Below are positions 18,500 to 28,341 of a stretch of DNA of 64,000 bases, piece after piece. The stretch spans positions 983 to 64,982 of the IMG/VR virus record IMGVR_UViG_2846920067_000004. One strand, given 5' to 3'. The translations under genes and the position numbers were made by a program. This stretch comes from a virus (taxonomy: Duplodnaviria > Caudoviricetes). Each line of letters opens with the position of its first letter. The first letter of the stretch is position 1. The notes beneath the pieces are model-generated. The model saw only the letters and a program-made list of their open reading frames with translations, searched no databases and was not told the DNA's origin.

Positions 18500-18685
18500 T
18501 GAGCGGGGGATTGCATACATCATCTCCGTTTCGAAGTGCCCAGTTGTCAAAGAACACCCGCATCGCGCTCCAAGGTGGCAGCCGGTCGAGGCGCTGCAGC
18601 GGGTCTGGCTTGGTGCTGAGTGAAGTATGGCAAAGGGCTAACCCATTGAGAATGATCATTTTTCGAGTTTCTGTAAGGCAAACAC

Positions 18686-18967
18686 ATGTTCGCAGAGATC
18701 GACTTGGCGATTTTCGCCACCGTGGATGAATACCTGACCCGTACCGGCCGCAACATGCGCCAGCTGTCGGAGGACATGGGGATCAATTACAACTCGTTCC
18801 GCCGCAAGGTGAATCGGGACAAGGCCTCCCCCCATCCACAGCATTTCACCCCGCAAGAGCTTATCCGGCTGATCAAGATCACCGGCGATTGCCGCGTCCT
18901 GCGTTTCATCAACGCCGAGTGCGACAGACATCTGAGCCAGGTAGCCAAGATCGCGGAGGCCGCCTGA
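18686..18967 (+). CDS. CII-like phage regulatory protein
   Basis: QLSEDMGINYNSFRRKVN...HFTPQELIRLIKITGD HTH pattern; first gene after PR. Confidence 0.7.
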   Translation: MFAEIDLAIFATVDEYLTRTGRNMRQLSEDMGINYNSFRRKVNRDKASPHPQHFTPQELIRLIKITGDCRVLRFINAECDRHLSQVAKIAEAA

Positions 18968-19479
18968 TGGCGGATCTGAGCGAGCAGGTGCACTTCAGCA
19001 GCAAAACGGATGAATGGCCGACGCCGCAGGCGCTGTTCGACCAGTTGCACGCTGAGTTCGGGTTCACGCTGGACGTCTGCGCGACGGCTGAGAACGCCAA
19101 GTGCGAACGGTTTTTCACGCGCGAGCAGGATGGCCTGGCCCAGGACTGGAGCCAGGACGTCGTCTGGATGAATCCGCCGTTCGGCCACCAGATCAAGTTG
19201 TGGATGGCCAAGGCGTACCGCTCCAGCATCGACGGCGCGCTGGTGGTCTGCCTGGTGCCGGCGCGGACGGACACCCGCTGGTTCCACCGCCACGCGCTGA
19301 AAGCCGCAGAGATCCGCGCGCTGGACAAGCGGCTGAGGTTCGATGGGGCAAAGGCGAAGGCGCCATTCCCGGCCGTGCTGGTGGTCTACAAACCGGGCGA
19401 GAACGGGCAGTGCAAGTTGAGCGCGTACAAGGTGCCGGGCGCCGGCGGCCGGGCGCACGAGATCAAGGGAGGGGAGTGA
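18967..19479 (+). CDS. Phage DNA N6-adenine methyltransferase
   Basis: DEWPTPQ, FTLDVCA, WMNPPF, LVPARTDTRWF, APFP motifs. Confidence 0.92.
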   Translation: MADLSEQVHFSSKTDEWPTPQALFDQLHAEFGFTLDVCATAENAKCERFFTREQDGLAQDWSQDVVWMNPPFGHQIKLWMAKAYRSSIDGALVVCLVPARTDTRWFHRHALKAAEIRALDKRLRFDGAKAKAPFPAVLVVYKPGENGQCKLSAYKVPGAGGRAHEIKGGE

Positions 19480-19808
19480 TGAGCATCGAACAGTTGCAGC
19501 AGCAGATCAATGAGCTGAATGGCGTGGTGGCTGGGCTGCGGGCGGACTTGGGTGTGATACAGCAACAGCTTTGCGAACAGAGCGCGCAGCTGCCGCAAGC
19601 GATCAAGGCCGCGATAGCGAACGAGCTCAGGCCGGGCGGAGTGCTTTATCGAGCCAGGAGTGGTGACGGCGCGCGAGGCTTGCGCACCTCCACCCCTAAT
19701 TCTGGGACTTCGCCAGTTGCTCAGCCCGAAGTCGGCTCAACGATCACAGTTTTTCTGCCGGAAGGTCAAGCTCAAGCGCAAGTTGTTGGGACTTATCCGA
19801 CACGCTGA
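19479..19808 (+). CDS. Hypothetical coiled-coil protein
   Basis: MSIEQLQQQ...IANELRPGGVL; RBS and stop/start overlap. Confidence 0.5.
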   Translation: MSIEQLQQQINELNGVVAGLRADLGVIQQQLCEQSAQLPQAIKAAIANELRPGGVLYRARSGDGARGLRTSTPNSGTSPVAQPEVGSTITVFLPEGQAQAQVVGTYPTR

Positions 19809-19986
19809 GAAGGTAGAAGCGTCGCTTTACCTGAAAAATGACTTGGCTTTCGTCGGCAAGGATATACGAGAAATGGTCGCCAACTGCGGGAAGAAATTCA
19901 GGCTGAAAAGCAGGCGGTGGGTAGAGACCGTTCGACTTAGCAGTTTCTGTCGCGCGATCCGTAAATGTGATTCCGATTGTTAGCAT
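19744..19986 (-). CDS. Counter-oriented moron, hypothetical protein
   Basis: GGAGG RBS; AT-rich upstream region; LPAVGD motif. Confidence 0.6.
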   Translation of the reverse strand: MLTIGITFTDRATETAKSNGLYPPPAFQPEFLPAVGDHFSYILADESQVIFQVKRRFYLLSVSDKSQQLALELDLPAEKL

Positions 19987-20143
19987 ACACCCTCCAAAAA
20001 TGATAAGTGAATAATGATTTTATCATGAGGGTTCCTGATCGACATAAGTAAAAAACCCACCGTCAACAGCCTGGCCGGGCCTCGGGTGGGTTCAACTTCG
20101 CTGGAGAAATTATGGCAACGAATACCGATGGAGGCAAGCGCAA

Positions 20144-20988
20144 ATGAGCATCAAGCTTATGAGCCGCGCGTGGGATATGGACATCCCGACCGGCCAGAAG
20201 ATGATCCTCATCGCGCTTGCTGACCGTGCAAATGACGAGGGGGAGTGCTGGCCTGGTCAAGAGGAATTGGCCAAGAAAGGCAGCATGTCGCCGCGCTCTG
20301 TCGTGAACCATATTGACTGGCTGGAAGACCATGGCCTGTTGAAAGTAGAGCGCAGGCAAAAGGGCAATCAGCGGCAGTCCAACCGCTACACCGTTACCTT
20401 GGATAGCTTCAATCCCGAGGGCGGCGTGACGAAATTGCAAAGTGCAGATTCTGCACATGCAACCGTTGCACATGCAAATCCTGCACATGCAAGGATTGCA
20501 CCCCCGAATGTGCAATCTGCGACAAGTGAAAGTGCAGAATCTGCACATTCCTTTAATGAAGAACCATCAAAGAATCACCAAGTAGATCCATCACTGTTTC
20601 CGGCACCGGCCGCCGCCGTGCCGAAACCGCGAAAGTCACCTGCAAAGCCGCAAACTAATCCGCTAAACGCCGCCACTTGGGATGCATATGCTGACGCCTA
20701 TTTTTTCCGCTACGAGGTTGAGCCGGTACGCAATGCCACAGTTAACGGCCAGATTGCCAATTTCGTGAAACGCCTTGGTGCAAATGCCCGCATGTTGCCG
20801 CCTTCTTCGTGAACGGCAACAACGCGTATTACGTAACCAAGGGGCATGCTGTGGGCGTGATGCTGCAGGACGCTGAGAAGTTGCATACGGAGTGGGCATC
20901 TGGCCGGCGAGTGACTCAATCCCAAGCCCGCCAGGCTGACAAGTCTCAGACCAATTTCGACAACGGCCAGGCCGCCTTGATCGGCTGA
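20144..20988 (+). CDS. Replication initiator (O-like, N-terminal HTH), frameshift near 20790
   Basis: KMILIALADRANDEGECWPGQEELA...SNRY; internal iterons. Confidence 0.85.
20440..20547. repeat. Replication-origin iterons
   Basis: 15-bp-period TGCA-N5-TGCAC units (GTGCAGATTCTGCAC, ATGCAACCGTTGCAC, ATGCAAATCCTGCAC, ATGCAAGGATTGCAC, GTGCAGAATCTGCAC) inside the initiator gene. Confidence 0.8.
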
Positions 20989-21009
20989 ACCGCAAATACG
21001 GGGGGCGCA

Positions 21010-21672
21010 ATGAAACCCGCTCATCAGCAAATCCTGGAGGCTGTGATTGTCACTGCCGAGTTGACCGGGACCGACCTGTCTGCCGCAGCGCAAGAGGTAA
21101 TGGTGGACGATCTCATGGCGTACCCGCTGGAGCCCGTTTTGCAAGCGTTAACCCGCTGCCGCAAAGAGCTGACTGGCCGACTGTCCATCGCGGCCATTCT
21201 GGACCGCCTGAATGACGGTCGCCCTGGCGCGGAAGAGGCGTGGGGTGCAGTCGCCAAGGCGCTGACTGACGAATTGGAAACCATAGTCTGGACTGAAGAG
21301 ATGGCGCTGGCATCGGCGCCGGCGCGTGAACTGCTCCGGCTTGGTGACAAGATTGGAGCACGCATGGCTTTCCGCGAGTCATACGAGTCCCTGGTCGCCG
21401 AAGCAAGGGCCTGCAAAAAGCCTCTCCGCTGGGATGTCAGCGGAGGCGAGGATAGAGAGCGCCGTGCTGCAGCCATTATGCGTGCTGTTGAGCAGGGGCG
21501 GCTGCCGTCGCGTCGAGCAGAGGTAATGCTCCCTCTGCAGGCGAGTGATGAGCGGCATTTGTTGCGGACTGGTGCGGTCATGACGCCAGAGGAGCGCAGG
21601 CTTGGCCGCGAGAATGTGCGCAAGCTGCTGGCCATGATCCCAGAAAAACGCTTTAACGAGGATGCTGCATGA
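21010..21672 (+). CDS. Replication protein (P-like / helicase-loader position)
   Basis: ALTRCRKE...DGRPGAEEAW...TIVWTEEMA...ARMAFRESY; follows the initiator. Confidence 0.7.
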   Translation: MKPAHQQILEAVIVTAELTGTDLSAAAQEVMVDDLMAYPLEPVLQALTRCRKELTGRLSIAAILDRLNDGRPGAEEAWGAVAKALTDELETIVWTEEMALASAPARELLRLGDKIGARMAFRESYESLVAEARACKKPLRWDVSGGEDRERRAAAIMRAVEQGRLPSRRAEVMLPLQASDERHLLRTGAVMTPEERRLGRENVRKLLAMIPEKRFNEDAA

Positions 21673-22105
21673 GCCGGGAAACGCTCACCATCCAGACCGG
21701 CGCCGATCTCCGGCCGCGCATGGCCCGCGCATACCAGCTGGCGTGCAAGATGCTGGACGAGGCCGCCGACGGCAGGGGCCTGAAGGTCACGATCCAATCC
21801 GCCAGCATCCGCAACCTGAGCCAGAACGCCGCTATGTGGGCCGCGCTGACGGACATCAGCGAGCAACTGGACTGGTACGGCAACAAGCTGACACCGGAGG
21901 AGTGGAAAGACCTGCTGACTGCCAGTCTGCGCCGGACAAAGGTGGTGCCGAACATCGACGGCAGCGGCTTCGTGATCCTGGGCCAGCGCACCAGCGACAT
22001 GAGCATCCGCGAAATGGGCGAATTGCTGGAGCTGATCCATGCGTTCGGCGCGGAGAAGGGCGTGAAATTTGGGCTGGGCCAGCGTACGGGAGGAAGGCTG
22101 CATGA
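21669..22105 (+). CDS. ninB: NinB-family recombination protein
   Basis: RNLSQNAAMWAALTDISEQ...EEWKDL...GQRTSDMS...ELIHAFGAEKGVKF. Confidence 0.9.
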
Positions 22106-22199
22106 CCGATCACCAACGGGCTATGGCTGTAGTGCTGCTGACCGCGGTCATGAGCGTGGCCGGCGCCTGGGCGCTGGGCCTCGCGTGCTGGGGCGGGCT

Positions 22200-22586
22200 A
22201 TGAGCACAGCAACCCCATCAAAAGTTGTGCCGCGCCCCGGCTCCACGCCCGGCACTGGCCGGTGCGACACTGGGCGCATCACCAGCAAGGCCATCCGCGA
22301 CAGCGCCGCGGGCGAGGTCTGCACGCTGCAGATTGCCGGCATCTGCAATGGCAGCACCGACACCACTGTCCTTTGCCATCTACCTGATGAGAGCCACGGC
22401 ATGGCGCGCAAGGCGGACGACGTTTCCAGCTGCTACGGCTGCAGCGCCTGCCATGACGCCATCGACGGCCGCGCGCCGCACGCCTGGCAGCCGGGCGAGA
22501 AGGATTTCTACATGCGCCGCGGGATGGTGCGCACCTGGCGCCGGCTGCTGGCCAAGGGCTTGATCACGATAAAGGGTGCGGCATGA
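22200..22586 (+). CDS. DUF1364/YbcO-like Zn-binding nuclease-fold protein
   Basis: CTLQIAGIC..TTVLCH...GMARKADD...GCSACHDAIDGR. Confidence 0.85.
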   Translation: MSTATPSKVVPRPGSTPGTGRCDTGRITSKAIRDSAAGEVCTLQIAGICNGSTDTTVLCHLPDESHGMARKADDVSSCYGCSACHDAIDGRAPHAWQPGEKDFYMRRGMVRTWRRLLAKGLITIKGAA

Positions 22587-22680
22587 GCGACAACGTAGCG
22601 AATGTCTTGCAGATGGGCATCTTCTTTGGGTTCTTGGCGTGGCTTGTTTACCTCAAGCACAAAGACAGCGGCGGCGACGA

Positions 22681-22869
22681 ATGAAATGGACTCAGCAGGA
22701 CGAATGCCTGGCATGCGGCGACTGGCGGATATTCCGCTACGCCCTGGGCGATCCACCGTATTACGAGCTGTGGGAGTGGCCGCAGTTCCTGGGCCGCTAC
22801 ACCACGGCCGGCGCAGCGAAGGCGGAAGCGGAGCGATTGATGAACGAAAGGGAATTGAATGCAGCTTAA
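22681..22869 (+). CDS. Small hypothetical protein
   Basis: MKWTQQDEC...; overlaps the next gene. Confidence 0.5.
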   Translation: MKWTQQDECLACGDWRIFRYALGDPPYYELWEWPQFLGRYTTAGAAKAEAERLMNERELNAA

Positions 22870-24355
22870 TTGCCCGAATTGCAACGACGCCGGCCCGCAT
22901 GGCGTGCACTCCGCCGCGGCGCAACGCTACATGTGCAAGGCCTGCGGCCGGACGTTTCGCGCCCGCGCCGCCCAGGCGGCGACAGTGGCCAAGCCGGTGG
23001 ACGGCAACAGATTCGTCATTACCTGCGCCGTGTCGGGCTCGCCGGTGCATGCCCCGTTCCTCAAGAGCCTGCAGCAATACTGCCGTGAGAACGGCGCCAG
23101 GCTGATCGTCGTGCCGGTGGCCTACCGCAACCCGACGAGCAACCTCGAAAAACCGCACGAGTGGTTCGCTCCGGAGCTGGCCCGGTACATGGCCGCCGAC
23201 CGGCTGGAGCTGTGCCCGGGCGTGCTGCTGCTGGCCGACGTGCCGACGCAGCCGACCGCGGTGCGCCCGCTGTCGGGCCTGCACACGATGAGCGGCGACA
23301 GCCATGGCATTTTTGCGCATCCCAAGATTGCGCTGGAGAGCGTGCCGGTCGCCATCGGCCGCGCCGCAAAGCTGGTGATGACCACGGGCGCTGTCACCGA
23401 ACCGGTCTACAGCAAGAGCAAGGCCGGCAAGAAGGGGGAATTCCACCAGGTGCAGGGCGCTGTTGTGGTGGAGTGGGACGGCCGCGCCGCCCATTTCCGC
23501 CACCTGAACGCCGGCAAGGACGGCTCTTTCTGCGACCTCGACCGGAAATACAGCGCCAGCAACGCCAAGCGGGCCTGCCACCGCGCCCGCGTGTTGGCCC
23601 TGGGCGACCTGCACGGCGTCCGCCACGATCCGGAGGTGCTGGAGGCTACCGTGTTCGCCGCCGACAGCATGGTCAACACCCTGCAGCCGGAAACCATCGT
23701 CCTGCATGACGTGCTGGATTTCCAGAGCGCCAGCCATCACAACGACTATTTCGAGCGGTTCAAGCTGCGCCGCGCCGGCAACGATGACGTCTATGGCGAG
23801 CTGCGCGCCACGGCCGATCTGCTGGGCCGAATCGCAGCCACCGGCGCCGAGGTGGTGCTGGCCGGCAGCAACCACAACGAGCATATCTACCGCTGGCTGG
23901 AAAACCATCACAACGCCCAGGACGTGCATAACGCCATCGTCTACCACGAGACCAAGCTCGAAATGCTCCGCGCGTTGGCCGCCGGCCGCGAGCTGGATCC
24001 GCTGGAGTACTGGGTGCGCAAGCTGTTGCCGGATAGCGGCAATATCCGTTTCCTGCGCCGCGACGAGTCATTTATCGTCGACGGCGTGGAGTACGGCCAG
24101 CACGGAGACAAGGGGATCAACGGCGCGCGCGGCAGCCTGCACGGCATGACCAAGGCCGGCGCCAAGCTGGTGATCGGCCACAGCCACACGCCAGGCATCG
24201 CCGATGGCGTCTACCAGGTCGGCACGTCCTCGCAGATGGCCATGGGCTACAACACCGGGCTGTCCGGTTGGCGGCACACGCATTGCGTTCAGTACGCGAG
24301 CGGCAAGAGGACGCTGATCCACATCGTAAACGGGAAGTGGAGGGTGGCGGCGTGA
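22859..24355 (+). CDS. Metallophosphoesterase resembling phage T5 A1, with N-terminal zinc ribbon
   Basis: CPNC...CKAC ribbon; GDLH, HDVLD, SNH, HGD, GHSH metal-binding motifs; intact ORF. Confidence 0.8.
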   Translation: MQLNCPNCNDAGPHGVHSAAAQRYMCKACGRTFRARAAQAATVAKPVDGNRFVITCAVSGSPVHAPFLKSLQQYCRENGARLIVVPVAYRNPTSNLEKPHEWFAPELARYMAADRLELCPGVLLLADVPTQPTAVRPLSGLHTMSGDSHGIFAHPKIALESVPVAIGRAAKLVMTTGAVTEPVYSKSKAGKKGEFHQVQGAVVVEWDGRAAHFRHLNAGKDGSFCDLDRKYSASNAKRACHRARVLALGDLHGVRHDPEVLEATVFAADSMVNTLQPETIVLHDVLDFQSASHHNDYFERFKLRRAGNDDVYGELRATADLLGRIAATGAEVVLAGSNHNEHIYRWLENHHNAQDVHNAIVYHETKLEMLRALAAGRELDPLEYWVRKLLPDSGNIRFLRRDESFIVDGVEYGQHGDKGINGARGSLHGMTKAGAKLVIGHSHTPGIADGVYQVGTSSQMAMGYNTGLSGWRHTHCVQYASGKRTLIHIVNGKWRVAA

Positions 24356-24695
24356 GGCAGAGCATTCAAGCCCTGGGCCGGCTGAGGACCGGCGCAATGA
24401 ACAAGACCGAGGCAGCCTATGCCCAGCATCTGGAGGCGCAGAAGGTCGCCGGCCGGGTGGCCTGGTTCAAGTTCGAGGGCTGAAATTCCGGCTGGCTGAC
24501 AACACGTTCTACACGCCGGATTTCGCGGTGATGTTGGCCGGTGGGGAGATGGAGGCGCATGAGGTCAAGGGCTTCTGGCAAGACGACGCGCGCGCCAAGA
24601 TCAAGATCGCCGCGGACATGTACCCGTTCAGGTTTGTGGCAATCAAGGCCAAGGCCAAGAAGGATGGCGGCGGCTGGGCGGTGGAAGAATTTTGA
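24352..24695 (+). CDS. DUF1064-like PD-(D/E)xK endonuclease (frameshift at 24480)
   Basis: MNKTEAAY...FYTPDF...HEVKGFW. Confidence 0.8.
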
Positions 24696-24710
24696 GGCAA
24701 GGGGCAGTGC

Positions 24711-25208
24711 AATGGTGATGAACGAACTGGAAAACGACGACAAGCTGAAGGCGATAATCGCGCTGGAGCAGTGGGGGAAGTGGCAGCGCCAGGGAAACGG
24801 CAAGGACCGCTCGCCAGGGCTGGAAGGCAAGTTCCGCACGAACCGTTGCCCGGCCTGTTTCGAGGACGACAACCCGTGCGAGGCCTGCCGATATCTCAAG
24901 GGCGCCAGCGAGGTGCTGGACCTGCGCCTGGTGCTGGCTGTGGAGCGCGCCATCAGCTACGGCACGATGCGGGTGTCGATGGGCGGCGGGCGCAACCGCA
25001 TCACCAACGGCTGCAGCGTAAACGAGCGCGACATCCTGCTGAACCATTACCGCGGCAAGGTCGACGCCGCCGGCACGTTCAAGCTGCCGATTTGCGATTC
25101 AAGCGCGACCGACTGGGCATGCACGCCGCGCAGTATGACATGATTGTGGAGAGGTTGACTTTACAGGTATGGAACAGAGTAAAGTACACGCTGACAAAGC
25201 GTGGCTGA
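24711..25208 (+). CDS. Q-like late antiterminator (frameshift near 25085)
   Basis: LEQWGKW N-terminal motif; CPAC/CEAC insert; position before late promoter and terminators. Confidence 0.65.
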   Translation, partial: NGDERTGKRRQAEGDNRAGAVGEVAAPGKRQGPLARAGRQVPHEPLPGLFRGRQPVRGLPISQGRQRGAGPAPGAGCGARHQLRHDAGVDGRRAQPHHQRLQRKRARHPAEPLPRQGRRRRHVQAADLRFKRDRLGMHAAQYDMIVERLTLQVWNRVKYTLTKRG

Positions 25209-25903
25209 TATCTGGTTGAGGGGTGATCAAGTGAAAATGAATAAATGGGGCGGTCTGGATCTGAAGGAATTGGTGCTGGGTGGTTTTCGCGAAAGTGATC
25301 CGGAATTGCATCAGCATTCAAAAATTATAGAGGATATTATCGGAAGGGGCGGGAGGGGCTGCTGTCGCGATGTAGTGTTACTTTGCTTCTTGATATGATA
25401 TTCGGTGACAGGGATTTTGGTGTTAACCCATTCGCCGTGGCAAGGGAAATACATGCTCTTGATGCAGGTGCAACAAGTACGACTAAGGAGCCAACGGAAT
25501 TTGGGCGAAGCGATTACCTTCGAGGCCTCAAGCACAAGCATTACTCGAATACGGATATCGCAACGCTGGCTATGAATGTCAAGAATGAATTAAGTGTATC
25601 GAAAATTCCGTATTTTGAAGATAAGATTAGAGAGTCTGAAGAGACTGGGGTTCTTCAATACGTAACAGCTGATGACGTTCCTCGGCTTGTAGATGACATA
25701 GTAAGTAACAACATGGCCAAGAGGCGTGGCGAGTCAAGAATGACAGGGGAGTGGATTGTTTATTGCGAACATGAGGGGAGAAATTTTATCTCTGCTTAGG
25801 TAGGCACAAAGATGGAGACGCTGCCATTAGAGATAAAATAGATAGGACGTGCCTCGTTGAATTCCCCTTCCTTGGTCAACTGTTGACGCCATTGAAAGAT
25901 TGA
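25201..25903 (+). CDS. Low-GC moron protein (two frameshifts)
   Basis: LRGLKHKHY...MTGEWIVYCEHEGRNF(YLCLGRH)...EFPFL reconstructed across frames. Confidence 0.6.
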
Positions 25904-25936
25904 TGCGATCTATAATAGACCATTTGTTTTCATTGC

Positions 25937-25965
25937 TTGCAATTGGATCATGGATGGTGTAAATT
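25937..25965 (+). promoter_or_regulatory. Late promoter pR'
   Basis: TTGCAA-17-TAAATT downstream of Q, followed by several terminators. Confidence 0.6.
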
Positions 25966-26003
25966 ATAAAAACAAGTTGATTGACCGTCGAACGGTTTGA
26001 GAT

Positions 26004-26080
26004 GCCACCCTTGCGGGTGGTTTTTCACGTCCGGCGGAAAGAAATAAGCCCCACGGTTACGCCGCGGGGCTTTTTGTTTT
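26004..26080 (+). terminator. Two tandem intrinsic terminators (tR')
   Basis: GCCACCCTTGCGGGTGGTTTTT and AAGCCCCACGG..CCGCGGGGCTTTTT. Confidence 0.8.
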
Positions 26081-26284
26081 TGCCACCTCGCTATGCTGTG
26101 AGTCGGACATGTGAGCCGTGAAGAACCAGCAAAAACGAGAACGGCACACCCCAGGTAATCCCTGGGGCCGCACTCGCCAGGCCATCGCCGCCGACACCGT
26201 AACCACCAGTAGCGGCTAAACCTGGCAACTTGGACGCCGGCTCTCCCGTCGTGAGTTACCCGCAAAACCGGCACCATCAACCAC

Positions 26285-26313
26285 GCCCCGCACACTGCGG
26301 GGCTTTTTCATTT
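26285..26313 (+). terminator. Intrinsic terminator
   Basis: GCCCCGCACACTGCGGGGCTTTTT. Confidence 0.75.
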
Positions 26314-26516
26314 CCGAGGCCCGCATGCGGCTACATCACACAACCATCGTCTACGAGGCTGCGCCTTGGGCCGTGGCGCCGAGCTGGTGCTGATCACCGG
26401 CACGCGCTGCCGAGTCATCGCCCGCGACGGCGACGAAATCACGGTGCGATTTCACCGAAACCGGCAGCACGCCACGTTCACCGCCGCGCACTCATCAAAC
26501 TGGTACGGAGGTAGCC

Positions 26517-26732
26517 ATGACCCAGCCCATCACCGCCCGCGTCGAGTTCGACCACGCGACCGCCGAGGAGCGGATCAAGGCACTGGTAGCCGAGTACGCC
26601 GGCAAGCCGATCAGCCCGCGCCGGAGGGAAGTGCTCCAGCGGCGCGCGGTCGACATCGCGATGGAGTGCATGGACGTGGAGATCGTGCCGGAGCTGCGCC
26701 GGGAGGCTAGAGGCGTTCCAACACCTCAATAG
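26517..26732 (+). CDS. Hypothetical protein
   Basis: GGAGG RBS, 71 aa. Confidence 0.55.
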   Translation: MTQPITARVEFDHATAEERIKALVAEYAGKPISPRRREVLQRRAVDIAMECMDVEIVPELRREARGVPTPQ

Positions 26733-27001
26733 CGCTGGTCCTACTTGTGTTCGGGAAGCCATCCAGGTCATAAGGGTACTCGCTGGACATGATAGTAAGG
26801 GACTTGTCAGGCGCGGAGGAGTCTGGATTGACGTTCATCACGGTCAATGCAAGCTCCTTTCTCTCCGCCCCGTCAATGCGGATGGTTATTTCTCCCCAGC
26901 GCGCCTCATATTTCCCGGGGGAAATGGTGAGGTGGCTGTGATTGCGTGCATAGCCAGCGATAGTCCTTCCGTCCTTGATGCGAATGAGGAATGCTTCCAT
27001 G
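26707..27001 (-). CDS. Counter-oriented moron, hypothetical protein
   Basis: AAGGAG RBS, MEAFLIRIKDG start. Confidence 0.6.
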
Positions 27002-27015
27002 TTTGCTCTCCTTAG

Positions 27016-27183
27016 ATTAGCCGCCACGGCCTTCCGGTGCGGGGCACTTGCCATCCCGCATCTGGTAGCCCTTCTCAGCGCATTTCCAGCCGGCAGTGTC
27101 TGCCACGGCATTGGTCAACAGTATGCCAGCCACGGTCGGCAGCCCTACCAGTAGCGCAACGATATAAATCATACGGAGTGGCA
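27016..27183 (-). CDS. Small membrane/secreted peptide
   Basis: Own translation MPLRMIYIVALLVGLPTVAGILLTNAVADTAGWKCAEKGYQMRDGKCPAPEGRGG; GGAGG RBS. Confidence 0.55.
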
Positions 27184-27359
27184 TCTCAACCTCCATTCAT
27201 GTCAACTGGGTGGATTGTAGCAGGGTGCCGCCGGCACGATGCGGGATTGACCCTGTGCAAGGCTAGAAACGCAACTGGTATTAACAGGGCCGGGTACTTC
27301 CCCGGCAAAAACGCATCAAAACGGCCAAGTGGTATTAACGACCCCCTCCGAGATAGCAC

Positions 27360-27792
27360 ATGACTACCATCGCATTCGACGGCAAGACCATGGCCGCGGA
27401 CGGCCGCGCTACGGCCGAGGACGTCATCCTGGCTGACGATCTGAAGAAACTGCACCGACTGGAAACCAACCGCTGGAGCGGGCGGCCGGCGATCATCGGC
27501 ATGGCAGGGTTACTCGCAGCGTAGCCGACGCGCTGGCTTGGATTGAAGGACGCGCTGATCAGCCTGGCGAAAACGCCGACTTTGCCGCCCTGGTTTGGGA
27601 TGGAGAACGCTTGATCATGGTGAGCGATGAGTGTCTCACGCCCGAGTCCTGGCCGGCGCCCATGGCCATCGGCTCCGGCAAGATCCCAGCTCTGGCGGCC
27701 ATGCGAGCCGGGCAAATGCTCCTCGCGCCGTGGAGGTGGCGATAACCATGGATGTGTACAGCGGCGGATGCATACGAACAGTTGTCTTGTAG
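27360..27792 (+). CDS. Ntn-hydrolase / HslV-like peptidase (several frameshifts)
   Basis: MTTIAFDGKTMAADG start, AIGSG, and AVEVAITMDVYSGG end. Confidence 0.7.
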
Positions 27793-27843
27793 CTGTATGC
27801 GCCTTCCGGGTGGCATAATGTTGCTCCATGACTATGGAGTAAT

Positions 27844-28341
27844 GTGAATATGCAAGAGAGACTGAGAAAAGCTGTCCAGCTTCAGTTCGATTCAGCGGAA
27901 ATCTGTGAACGACTGCTTGGCTATAAGGAAACCTTCGAAAATTCATTGCCAGCATGGTTTTCGGCCATGGCTGGCTCGGGCATCACAGGTATCGTAAAGA
28001 GTGTAGGGGTTTCCGAAAGTGGACTTGGGCTCGAGATTTTCGGATGGCCAATTGAGCTGCGGGCAAAGGCCGTTGCGTCCAGTGAGGAGTTCGGAGAGCT
28101 CGCCCTTCTGCTTGATTTTGTCTACGCTGGCGATGATCAGGATGTGTCTGTTTACAAGGCATGGATCAATAAAAATGGCTGGCTGAATGATTTCCACGGC
28201 TCCTTCGCTCGCCATAAATTTGAAGCACCGTCTTCTATTGAGATCCTGATGCAAATGGCGGCCTTGGGCTTATACGAAAGCCCGGTGATGCAGGTTGGCA
28301 TAGGGAAGCCGCAGCCGAAGGGGTTCATGGTGATTTCCTAA
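27844..28341 (+). CDS. Hypothetical moron protein
   Basis: 165-aa lower-GC ORF followed by a terminator-like hairpin at ~28365-28390. Confidence 0.6.
   Translation: MNMQERLRKAVQLQFDSAEICERLLGYKETFENSLPAWFSAMAGSGITGIVKSVGVSESGLGLEIFGWPIELRAKAVASSEEFGELALLLDFVYAGDDQDVSVYKAWINKNGWLNDFHGSFARHKFEAPSSIEILMQMAALGLYESPVMQVGIGKPQPKGFMVIS

Noticed and set aside
20440-20547. Regular repeats as a CRISPR array or tra/lux boxes (GTGCAGATTCTGCAC resembles a tra box)
   Set aside because: No spacers or cas genes; position inside the replication initiator fits origin iterons
21669-22586. 305-aa NinB-DUF1364 fusion
   Set aside because: Both halves look like full-length stand-alone nin genes; read-through is best explained by an indel near 22070-22100
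26090-26280. Possible tRNA after the late promoter (GCCGG...CCGGCACCA ending)
   Set aside because: No T-loop GTTC consensus or cloverleaf; at most a degenerate hairpin
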